Part shown: positions 11,801 through 23,404 of the stretch, in pieces
Position numbering within the stretch: the stretch's first letter is position 1
Layout of the letters: every line of letters begins with the position of its first letter
DNA from: Octopus sinensis
Lineage: Eukaryota
DNA: 64,000 nucleotides
Reading direction: 5' to 3'
Assembly (NCBI RefSeq): GCF_006345805.1
Contig: NC_042998.1
Span: 160,022,001 to 160,086,000, forward strand
The notes under the pieces: generated by a model
Databases searched by the model: none
Seen by the model: only the letters and a program-made list of their open reading frames with translations
What the model was told of the DNA's origin: nothing
Translations under genes and position numbers: made by a program

Positions 11801-14800
11801 AAGTGAACTGGTCAAATGGTCCTTTTTACCTCTCCTTGAGAGGATAACAGTTTTCTTAATCCTCCATATTTCAACAAGGTAAAAATATTACAATGGAGAG
11901 TGATTTTTCTTTTGAAAAATAAGACCAAAATATGCTCAGTGCTTCTGTTTTCATGGAGTGCGCCAGTTGATGTAACTTAACCTGTGCATTTAAAAAAAAA
12001 AATCAAGTTTGTATAAATTTATCCATTGGTTATGTATATATATAAATATATATATGTATACTTTTGGTCTGGTTTTCATAGTTTCCTTTGCATTTATTAA
12101 TCCTTCAAACTATAATGCATTACTGATATCTTATATTTTTTTTCTGTAGTGTTTTCTAACATCTAAAGATCTACCTCACTCTGGCATTCCATCATAGCAA
12201 CATAGATTTTTATAATGGATCCTTGAGACTGCAAAATTAATGTTGCAGCTTTTATACATGTTTTGAGATGGGTGAGTATTAAAATTATGATTTTAATTAC
12301 CCCTTTACTATTGTAATTGGACCTAGATCTATTATGGAAGGATATAACAGTTCTATTCCATGTTATTTGTGTTCATTTCAGTTGTAAGAGTATTTCTACT
12401 ACAGCAAGTAGTTTTATAAATAAGTTTTGCTGTTCTATGCAGTTTATGTACTTTACATGATTACTTATTCCTTAATGATTAAATGCATTTGCTCAGAAGA
12501 TATTGTCCAATAGATCCTCCTTAAAAATATCTCTACATGCCAAGATACCACTTGTCCATGTGATGGTGAACAAATTCTACAAATATTTCACCTTCTCAAT
12601 TACTTCTCAAGATCAGTCTCCTACTCTACTCGGCAGATGCATGAGCATTGGATAGAATGTTTTGTGGCATTTATTCCAGCTCTACTTATACCTTAAAGTT
12701 TATATTAGTCTCATGTTAAGGTAACAAATTGGCAGTTAATGTTGGATAGAGATATCTTGCATTATTTGTTCCTGGCCTCTCTGCTCTTAGTTCGAATCTC
12801 ACTGATGTCAATTTCCCTGTTTTTCTTTTTTTTTTTTATACAGAACCTTTTGTACTTAGTGTAAACACATTTACCTGTTTTACCTGAATGGTTTAACATG
12901 AATTCTGTCAAAATTTCAGTTAGATGATAGATATAAATTTGCCTTTCTTTGTTTACAGTATGATGACAGACTTGAGAATTCTTATACTTTCTAAAAGGCA
13001 TGTGGTAAGTTTATTATTCTCCTAAAGTGTAATAGTTAAATTCTGTACTTTGGCTATATTAAATTAAGATCCTTATGGCTACTTAGCATATTAATATAAT
13101 ATTGGATATTTTGAAATTCCACACATTTTGTTACTTCATTGTATAATGTATTACTTTGTATTTTTCCCCCAGGTTGTGAACGCTAATTACAAATGTGGAA
13201 AAATGAAATTTTATATGAACTATCCTGAATTTGTACAAATTTATTTTATATCCATACAAACTCATTCATTTTTTACAAAGCATATATTTTGTGCCATTTT
13301 TCATATATTTGTCATTTAAATATTCATAACTAACATTTCTACAAATCGTATATATTTTAAACATGCTCATTTAAACATTGAGTTTTTATAGCTCATTCTT
13401 AGAGATTCTTCTCTTTGATCTCAATTTTTGATGCCTTGTGCTCAAAATTATTACAAAACCATAGTCTTTCCGAAAGTGAAATCTGTGATAACAGTCCAAC
13501 TGTGATTCCTCATTAGTCATTTCATCTAAATAAAATATTCAACTTTTTTTTATTATGTTTACATCTGTTTAAAAGATTTACTAATTTGACATTCAGTTAG
13601 TGATAAGGGAAAATAACATATGCCATTACATTTCAATTTTACTGGTTTTATATTTGTAAAAACTTTCCAGATAGAGCGTCAAAAGGAACAAGACTCTGTT
13701 TTTCATAGTTGCTCTTATATATGTCGATAAATTATTAGTTTCTTCAATATAATTATCACTTAATCACTGGTTCATTCAGTTTTTAAACTAGCAGAATTTT
13801 GATATATCATTGTTCTTCACTGCCATATTCTTATCTGATTATAATTTTGTTATATTTCCAACTAAAAATACATCCTCTGTGTTTTCAATTTAATTCCTGA
13901 ATAACCAGGAACTTAGACTGGTTTCATGAAACAACTTTTTTCTGATAAATGAATATTGTTTGGAATACAATTAAAGGTTTTTAGATAAATCTGAATTTTT
14001 GTCTCAAATTTACTCTAAATTGATGGTAATTTCAGTGAAATGAAGTGTGACTGAGTTAGCCATTATGCTTGGATTGGATTGTGCATATATCAGGTGCACC
14101 ATATAGCTAAACTAGAACGATGTAATTGAATTCATTAATTTCTGAAAAATATAAATTTTTATTCAGTTAGCCAATGTGTACATGAATTTTTGCAAGTCAT
14201 CTTGCAGGTAAATAAAATTGCATGTGCACGACTCTTGAAAGTTGTTTCAGTTTATTTTCTGCTACTGGGAACTTTCTTATTCATCCAGGTCTTGTATAAG
14301 ACCATACATTTTTTTTTTTTCTAATTCTGTATAATGGCTTGTTTCTACAATTGTTTGGATGGAACATATTCAATAGGAAAACATCAAAGGAAAATTATTC
14401 TAAAGATATTTTTTAAAATTTGTTTCTGTAATAAATTCATTTTTGCTTCAATATTGGTGTTGCTATCACTCAGAAATTGAAATATCTGTCTTAAGCTTGT
14501 TTGATTCTTCATTTAATGCTTCAGTTTCTTTCAAGGTGCCTTGTGTTACAAAATGTGAAACTTTGTTTCAAGTGTAGAAAGTTAAGGTACATGAGGAGTG
14601 GAAAAAGTACCCTGGAAAGATGTACATCAAGCTTATTTTATCTCCTGAAATTCAGTTTTGCTGTTAAAAAATCTAATATCATAATTTGCAGCTTACATAA
14701 TTGAATATGTATAGTTTTGTAAATCTCCAATTTGAATTGCTAATCAGGGAATAAATCTGGAGTCAAGATGTCCCTGTAGAGGTGTGGATTTTCTTCTGGT

Positions 14801-17197
14801 TCTTAAAATAACCATCTAGGTCCATAGCAGCTATCGGTAATAGGTTTCGTTGAGGGAGGGTTCCAGCAGCAGTGATTTACTTGATGTTATAATATTTGTA
14901 GGTTTTATATTGGATTAGAGAGTGCTCTTCAGGTGAAATTGTTGGTAGCTAACAAATTCATGGCTATGAACTTCAGTAAAATGTTCTTTCTACACTGTTA
15001 TGTAAGGTTCTGTCATATTTTGTATTCAAAACATTCAACCATATGAACCCATTAAATCCCAGAGTACTTAAATTTCTGAATATTTAAACATTTTATATAT
15101 GATTGAAGATAGGTTAAAATGAAGAAAATGTTAAAACTTCTTTACTTCAAGTAGAAATGGAAATACTCGGTGTCCTATTTTTAGGACAGTGGGACTTAAT
15201 GGATTAAGCACACATGACAGAGGTATAGCATCTTTTCCAAATTTCCTGAAGCAACGTATTTTTACTGCAGAACAGAACCTACCTTCAGAGTGTGCTTGTA
15301 TGCTCACTTCAGATTGTCAAAACTATTTGGAGAGTTCAACACAATTGCTAGTTCTTGGCATCACAAATCACTTGGGCTATATCTATGCAATCAGACAGTA
15401 CAGGAGTTGCATATATAGCAAGGATTGATATTGTGGACAGAATGGAGATGCATGTTGCACTGAGAATGATTTCTTCTATGATTTCTGTAAATGAATTAGA
15501 GCCAGCAGAAGTAAAGGCAAGGTAGCTCTATTGGGAATAATTGCTGAGATGTTAAAATCTGTTATATAGGTCAGTTGCCTTCAATTTTTTCACAACACAA
15601 ACCTCTCAAGATAGAACCCTTAATCTTAATTATGCATGTATTTTCAGTTTTTTCTTTTTTTTTTGTGCCTTGTGAAAAGTTCATTAGATTCCTGAAAACT
15701 TATGTTCTGGCTGCTAAAAGAAGTCTGCAGAGTTGATGATTCAAATTATTGTTATTGTGGTAAGAGTGAGGGCAATGTACCTCTTTAAACATTCAACTCA
15801 AGAATTTGATGTGTGGTTAAGTTTGCTTCCCAACTACTTAATTTTTGGCATTTGTCAGTCTATGTTGCACCTCAGGCAAGTGTCTCTTGACCTGGGTCAA
15901 CCAAAGGAAACTGGAAGAATTTCTATATATGTATGCTTTTTACATTTGGGTTCATTAGTGGTTTTGTCATTTCTGACAAAGTGCTTCATACCTTTGAGGA
16001 TATGTGGACAAACAGGTAAGGGTTGGGCAACAAGAAAGGTATTTGGCTGTAAAGTAAATGATCAATATTTATCTAGCTTGTGCCGGTATGGAGAAGTGGA
16101 TGTAGAAACTAGTGAAAATTGGATTAGAATTTTCTTTCTTTATTGCACATTGTAAGCCAAGATTCATCAGCAGTTGAAGCTGGGAATTCCACAGCTGGTC
16201 AGTGTTTAAGCTAAGGCTTTAACATTAGGATTATTAAATGTATAAGTAGTTAGATCATAGATTTAAGTGGGGTTTTTTTTCTTCTTTTACTGGTGATTTA
16301 TATTTTTCAGTATAAAATTTTAAGCAGGACCATCCATAATATGCTGTAATATTAAATCTGACACCATCAAATCTTTCTACTGTTAGGAATATTAAGTTTA
16401 AAGTCCTCAGATCTAGCTAATTTGTTTTCTTTATCAAATCACTTCTGCTTTTTGATGATTTTCCAAAATGTTCACAATATGAAAGTTGTTGCATCTCTGC
16501 ATACATCTGACCTACCTTTAGTTGTATTCACCTGCTCTGTACACTCTTGTAACCTTTCTTTCAATCTTCTATAGTTTCTTTTTTTTCTGCTGCCATTCTT
16601 TCTCTACTGCTAATCATCACTTTTTTTTAACCCCTTCTTTTGACATCCCCCTTTTCTGAACTTAGCATTTACCAGTGACCACATGTCAGGCCTAGTTCAT
16701 CAAGCATTACATGTGGCTTCAGCCATCTTTCATTTTCCCGTGTATCTTGAAGGGATGTGCAACTCCAGGTTACTCTCATCCACCCACCTTTACAGGAACA
16801 AGTCCATTTCTGTTCAATCTCATAACACCAAGTATTAAGAGACTCCTCTTTTACTGTTTTCTCACTCGGTTGGAGACTAATTTCCCAAGCTATGTAGTGA
16901 GCTTGCATGTACAAATTGTCCCTAGTAGACCTGTGTTTGACCAAGAAGTGCATCTAGCTGTAGAATCTTCCAATTAATGAATGTTTGTATTATTAGTGAT
17001 CTAAGTATTGTGAATTGGCAGGTCAAACTAACCCATACCATCATGGTAGACTAACGTGATTGGCAATTTTCATCACCTTTTCAGCAAATTCTGTCAGAAC
17101 TTTTTTTCCTGTGAACTCAGGATTTATATAAGCCCAGGTTGATGACAAATGATGTCGGTTGTAATCTCAAGTAGCTCAAAGCCTGTTTGCTGGTTTC

Positions 17198-20100
17198 ATC
17201 ATCATCATCATCATCGTCGTTTAACGTCCGTTCTCCATGCTAGCATGGGTTGGACGGTTCGACCGGGGTTCTGGGAAGCCAGAAGGCTGCACCAGGCTCC
17301 AGTCTAATTTGGCAATGTTTCTACAGCTGGATACCCTTCCTAACGCCAACCACTCCGTGAGTGTAGTGGGTGCTTTTTAGGTGCCAGGCGGGGCTGGCAA
17401 CGGCCACGGTCAGATTGGTGTATTTTATGTGCCACCGGCACGGAAGCCAGTCGAGGCGGTGCTGGCATCGGCCACGAGTCGGATAGTGCTTTTTACGTAC
17501 CACCAGACCAGGGATCCTGGCTGGTTCAATTCGATTTCGATTTCGCTTGCCCCAACGTGTCTTCACAAGCAAAGGGGGTTGGCAAGGGTGCCTGTCGTAC
17601 GGTCGCATTGGAGTATTTTACGTGCCACGGCCACGAGTCGTATAGTGCTTTTTACGTACCACCAGACCAGGGATCCTGGCTGGTTCAATTCGATTTCGAT
17701 TTCGCTTGCCCCAACATGTCTTCACAAGCAAAGGGGGTTGGCATGGGTGCCTGTCGTACGGTCGCATTGGAGTATTTTACGTGCCACGGCCCCGAGTCGG
17801 TTAGTGCTTTTTACGTACCACCAGGCCAGGGATCCTGGCTGGTTCAATTCGGTTTCGATTTCGATTTCGATTTCGCTTGCCCCAACATGTCTTCGCAAGC
17901 ATGGGGGGTTGGGATGGGTGTCTGTCGTCGGATGAGGTTCTATATCGACTTCGCTTGCCTCAACCGGTCTTTGTGTCCAAGGGAGGAAAGGCATTCATAA
18001 GTGGGCTGGGCTCACTTGTCCTGCCTGGTCTTCTCACGTACAGAATATTTCCAAAGGTCTCGGTCTCTGGTCATTTCCTCAGTGAGGCCTAAAGTTCGAA
18101 GGTCGTGCTTCACCACCTCGTCCCAGGTTTTCCTGGGTCTACCTCTTCCACGGGTTCCCTCAACTGCTAGGGATTGGCACTTTCTCACACACCTATCTTC
18201 ATCCATTCTCGCCACATGACCATACCAGCGCAATCGTCTCTCTTGCACACCACAACTGATGCTTCTTAGGTACAACATTTCTCTCAAGGTGCTAACGCTC
18301 TGTCGAGTATGTACACTGACATTACACATCCATCGGAGCATACTGGCTTCATTCCTCACGAGCTTACGCATGTCCTCAGCAGTCACGGCCCATGTTTCGC
18401 TGCCATGTAGCATGGCTGTTCGTACACACGCATCATACAGTCTGCCTTTTACTCTGAGCGAGAGGCCTTTAGTCACCAGCAGAGGTAAGAGCTCCCTAAA
18501 CTTTGCCCAGGCTATTCTTATTCTAGCAGTTACACTTTCAGCGCACCCACCCCCACTACTGACTTGGTCACCTAGATAACGGAAGCTAGAGTTTCTACCT
18601 ACACCTTTTCTACAGATCGAGCAGGGCCATCTTCCTGAAGATAATTGTGGATTGTCTACCTTTCTACTTATTAGTACTTTGGTTTTAGCTAGGTTGACTC
18701 TAAGGCCCCTTGATTCTAAACCCTCCTTCCACACCTGGAACTTCTCCTCCAGTTCTGATAGTGACTCAGCAATAAGAGCAAGGTCGTCAGCGTAGAGGAG
18801 CTCCCAGGGACAGCCTGTCTTGGATTCCTCCGTAATTGCCTGGAGTACTATGATAAATAGGAGGGGGCTGAGTACTGAGCCCTGGTGGGCCCCAACCTCT
18901 ACTTTGAATTCTTCTGTGTACATGTTGCCAACCCTAACCTTACTTACGGCATCTCTGTACATGGCTTGCACAGTCCTCACCAGCCATTCATCTATCCCTA
19001 GTTTCCTCATTGACCACCAGATAAGGGATCGGGGGACCCTATCAAAAGCTTTCTCCATGTCAACGAAAGCCAGGTACAGGGGCTTATCTTTGGCTAGGTA
19101 TTTCTCCTGCAGCTGCCTTACCAGGAATATAGCATCAGTGGTACTTTTCCCTGGCACGAACCCAAACTGCATCTCATCTAAACTAACTCTCTCTCTAATT
19201 AGTTGGGCTATGACCCTCTCCGTAACCTTCATTACTTGATCCAACAGCTTGATACCTCTGTAATTATTTGTATCTAGGGCATCACCTTTACCTTTGTAGC
19301 AGTTGACTAGTATGCTGCTGCACCAGTCATTGGGTATGGCTCCTTCGTGTATCACCTGGTTGACTATACGGGTGACTAGGTTATAGCCGACACTGCCAGA
19401 TATTTTGAGCATCTCTGCAGTAATTCCTGATGGGCCTGGGGCTTTCCCTGTCTTCATGCTTCTAATTGCCTTAGCTACCACGGAACTATCAACTCGGATA
19501 GCTGGTCCCTCTGTAGGGTCAACATTCGGCAGACTCTCTTTATCCCATTCATTTTCCTCATTCAGTAACCTTTCATAGTGGCGTCTCCAAGCTTCTCTCT
19601 TTGCATCCTCATTTAGCGCAAGTGAACCATCCTCCATGCGAACACATTTCTCTCCTACCACATCACGATTCTCTCTCACACACTGTCTTGCAACACGAAA
19701 TACCTCAAGTCTTTCATCCTCACGGCGCAGGACATTGGCAAATTTTCTCTTATCTGCTTCCTCTCTGGCTAGATAGACCTGTCTCCTAGCTTCCCTTCTG
19801 GCAGTCTGATACCCTTCCCTGCTACCACCGTTCTTCCAGGCCTTCCAAGCCTGTTTCTTTTGTCTAATAGCCCTGTCAACAATATTGTTCCACCACCACG
19901 TTATTTTGGGTCTTAAGGGGACTTTGCACCAGCCACAGATCTGGTCAGCAGGTTGTCCCTCAGAAACGTCCAGTTGTCTTCTACCCCATGTGTAGCTATA
20001 CCCCCTTCCACTTCGTCAAAGGCTTCAAGTAACATATCTCTAAATCTCTGTCCATTCGCAGGGGCTTTAAGCTTCCAGACCCTTCTTCTCCATGTTGGTC

Positions 20101-20283
20101 GTCTTCTAGTCGCCCTCTTAGTCCTGATCCTAAAGTCACTAACTACCAGTCTATGTTGTGGGGTGCATTCTTCGCCTGGGAAGGTTTTGGCATTTTTAAG
20201 CAGCCATCTTTCCCTTTTTCTGGCAAGGATGTAGTCGATTTGGCTAGTATGCCGGCCTGATCGGTAGGTGGCTTGTTGGTTTC
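17198..20283 (-). mobile_element. RTE-clade LINE, 5'-truncated, with degraded APE/RT ORF and (ATG)n tail
   Basis: End of endonuclease domain (TYRSGRHTSQIDYIL) and RT motifs (QFGFVPGKSTTDAIF, LAFVDMEKAFDRV, QGSVLSPLLF, LLYADDL). Frameshift near 19950 and internal deletion in the Cys-rich segment. 3' UTR ends in a GAT repeat; candidate TSD tggtttc. Confidence 0.93.
17472..17900. repeat. 159-bp tandem repeat (~2.7 copies) in the RTE 3' UTR
   Basis: Units start at 17472, 17631 and 17790. Confidence 0.9.
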
Positions 20284-22501
20284 CTGAAGTGAAATACAAG
20301 CAGCATATTTCTAATGACAAAAGCTTCCTGAAAAGTACTTGGCTTCATTTAGCATTTGGTGTTGAAGTCTTTTCTTGTCTGGTAGGCATGTAGATGAACA
20401 GTTTATATTGGGTTGGTGCATAATTATTGCGGCTTTTATTTAATAAAACATCTTTAAATGACCGTCTGTCAAGCAAATGGGAAGTAGTAATTGAAGTAGA
20501 GTGATTATGCTCTGGAATAATCATTTTAATATTTTTGTTGAAAAGGGCAGCAATAATTATGCACCAACCCAATAGCTATGAGAAGGTCTAATCTACATAA
20601 CACTTTCATAGACAACTCTGAATTTATTTGGTTCTTGTAGCAAAAATGATGAAACACTAGCAAGAAAAAAAAAAAAGGCTAAGAAAGAAAGTGAAGTGGT
20701 AATCTACTGCTATGGACTTAGATCTGAAGTGGTGGAAATGTATAAGATGATGCACATTGACTTGGGCCATGGGGGGCAATTTTAAAAATGTTGGGTTACC
20801 ATCCACAATCTTAATCATAAGTATTACTAGGGTTTAGTTTACTGCCAGTTAAATATTACGTTTATATTGTTAGAACTGTTCGAACACTAGAAAAAATGCT
20901 ATGTTTATTTGGGTTACATTTTAAGTTCAAATCCAGCTAGTCTTTCAAGGTTGATAGTGGGGTCAGTGGTATTTACTAATACTCTTAAAATTTGTTACGT
21001 CTTATTTTTTAAGAACAAGTAAACAACCACTATGGAAGATGCCATTAACAAAGAGTCAACACTGACGACAAAGCAACAATAAGTTGTCTATTTTTAGTAT
21101 TTTATCTTTTTCTATGTGTGTTTTAATTAACACTTTAGCATTCAGATTGTCAAATATAATGCATTATCTTTGAGACAATGATGGTTTGTTTATTTTTAGA
21201 ATGACAGTATAGGATAGGTGTGAAAAGTTACATCTGTCTGGTTTGAATGTAAAGCAAAGAACAACTGCACTGGATATGGTAGCTGATTTTTAAATGCTAT
21301 AGGGTTAATGAGAATATGGTAGAAATTAAATTTAGACTTTCCACTGTACTGGGAACACAGCATGAAAATTTAATGAGACAAGCTAAAACAAGTGTTTACT
21401 GATTTTCAAATTAACTGAACTCACAGAAATATGTAAATCAAATTATTAAGTTGAAACCTGTAAGATGAAACAAGTGACTTCAGACTTCTAGCTAGAACAC
21501 AAACCAGTCTTGAAAAGGAGGATACTAGAAGCTCAAAGACCCATTGAGTTGAATTGCCAGTTGTTTACTTTGAAGGCTTATATGGGGGGGGGGGTAAAGG
21601 TTCAAAACAAGGTGCTCATGATCCACCCATCACTTAGCTGGAAGCATGATGCGTAAGCACAATTGTCCTCCCACTCACCTCATCCTTACTGCAGAATTCT
21701 CCTGTAAAAACATGAGACAGAACTACTTCCCTTTCTATGCTACCAATTATTCTTTCCTACTCCTGAAACCACTTATTGACTCCCCTTTGTATTTTTCACT
21801 ATTCATCTCTTATGTTGCCAGCCATCGCTCTAATCCCTCATGTTACTTAAGTCTCATCTGCTATGAACTACCTCATCTCCACTCCTATCATTAGATTCTC
21901 TTTCCACCCACCCTTCCAACTTTTAATTAATTTCATTGCTTATCCCTTACCTAGCTATTGCATTATCCTGTTATTCACTATGCCTTCTCTCCTGAATCAC
22001 TTCTGTTGACATTCCATTACCACATGCTCTTTCAGCTGTACCCCTATCCTTAACTATCTCTCTAATCTCCACTTTTAACCTTGATCTTCCTTCACACTCT
22101 TCTGTTCACCTTCATTTCTTTCCAGATTATCACTCTCTCCAACCTTTTACTCACTCAAGCCATTCCCACTCAGCTATGAGTGGCTATTTAGTGTTGCAAG
22201 TTATATGGTAATCTAACTTGTGCTAGTACTTTTACCCAGTGAAATGAAATAGTTGACATTAGAAAGGCCATCCAGCTGTAGAGATCTTGGCATAACTGGA
22301 GCATGATGTGGTCCTCTATTGGCCAATTGATTAGATCTTGTTGAACTATAGAAAATGTACATAAAATGATTGTACGTTGGAAATTAATCCAAGTTTCACA
22401 CAGTAAGTAATCCATTTCTGTTAAGATACTTAGCATAAAATGGATAGATGAGCTCCTATAACTTTACATACATTTTTACTATTTTGGTAATGTATTTAAG
22501 C

Positions 22502-22507
22502 TTTATT
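22502..22507 (-). terminator. Candidate SUGP1 polyadenylation signal
   Basis: TTTATT on plus (AATAAA on minus), about 870 nt past the stop. Motif evidence only. Confidence 0.3.
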
Positions 22508-23377
22508 ATAAGTACAGATGTCTCATAGTAAAGAGATATTCCATAATGTTCTCTCTCCACTCTGTGTTTGGAGTAAATATATATAACTATCATACAGGTA
22601 TGGAGAATTCTTAATCAAAACCAAATACTGTCTTGAAGAATTATGTATCAAACAATAACAAAAAACATTGCTTCAATAATGCTTTAATGATCACAGTAAA
22701 CAGGGAATATCTTGGGATTTGGTTCTTCTTTCTTTCACCTGACATAATTTTGCAAGAGTTAGTCAACATTTGGAGAAGGAAGAAAGATAAAAAAAAAACA
22801 AAAAAACAAACCCCCTGACTAACACAAAATGGAATGTGACAGTTCAAGTTAGTACATGCACAATGAATTTGTGGCTTGTTCAATTTAAATTAATAGAAGC
22901 TACACCAGGCAAACTTTCCATGCTGCTTTTGTACTTTTAACTTGACATTCTGGAGATACATAAAAATTATAATTATAGAGCAGAACATCACAACCCAAGA
23001 GAAAAAAGTTGAACATCTCTTCAATTTTCACTAAGCTGACTATGACAAGCTGAAATGTTTCTTATTGACTGAAAGATTCAAAAAGATAGTGAAATTTGTC
23101 TTGCACTTATTTTACAAACAGCAGTCAATAACATGGAGTGGGAGGGGCTTTAATACCAGATAGCTCTTATTGAATACTTTTTTGCCAGAAAGACTAAAAA
23201 GAAATTAGGCTTTAGAAATCAGAATATAGAGCAGATATGATGATATATTGTGCATTTTCACAAGATAGCCAACAACAGATTGATAATATAATAGTTGTTA
23301 GATTTTGGACATGAAAATAACATTCTCTGATGAATATAAGTTTTTTTTTCAAATGAAGTTTTCTGTTTTAACTTTCG

Positions 23378-23404
23378 TCAGTAATATGGCCGGCGTGGAT
23401 TGTT
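23378..23404 (-). CDS. SUGP1: SUGP1 last coding exon
   Basis: ttttacag acceptor then NNPRRPYY and stop. Confidence 0.93.
   Translation of the reverse strand, partial: NNPRRPYY

Noticed and set aside
12955-13060. C-box-like ATGATGA suggesting a C/D snoRNA
   Set aside because: No D box (CTGA) or terminal stem at a suitable distance.
15733-16155. 140-aa ORF, and the similar 137-aa ORF at 32415-32828
   Set aside because: No recognisable domain or splice support; composition is typical of random AT-rich ORFs.
16490-16980. Purine/pyrimidine-skewed tracts (also ~5300-5900 and ~21600-22190)
   Set aside because: They look like highly decayed LINE 3' ends but are too degenerate to classify or delimit.
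17472-17900. Regular repeats that could be mistaken for a CRISPR array or a repeat-protein gene (ORFs 17381-17935 and 17557-18000)
   Set aside because: Whole 159-bp units repeat with no unique spacers; they lie in a LINE 3' UTR in eukaryotic DNA.
18259-19239. Plus-strand ORFs of 106 and 139 aa
   Set aside because: Antisense frames of the RTE reverse transcriptase.
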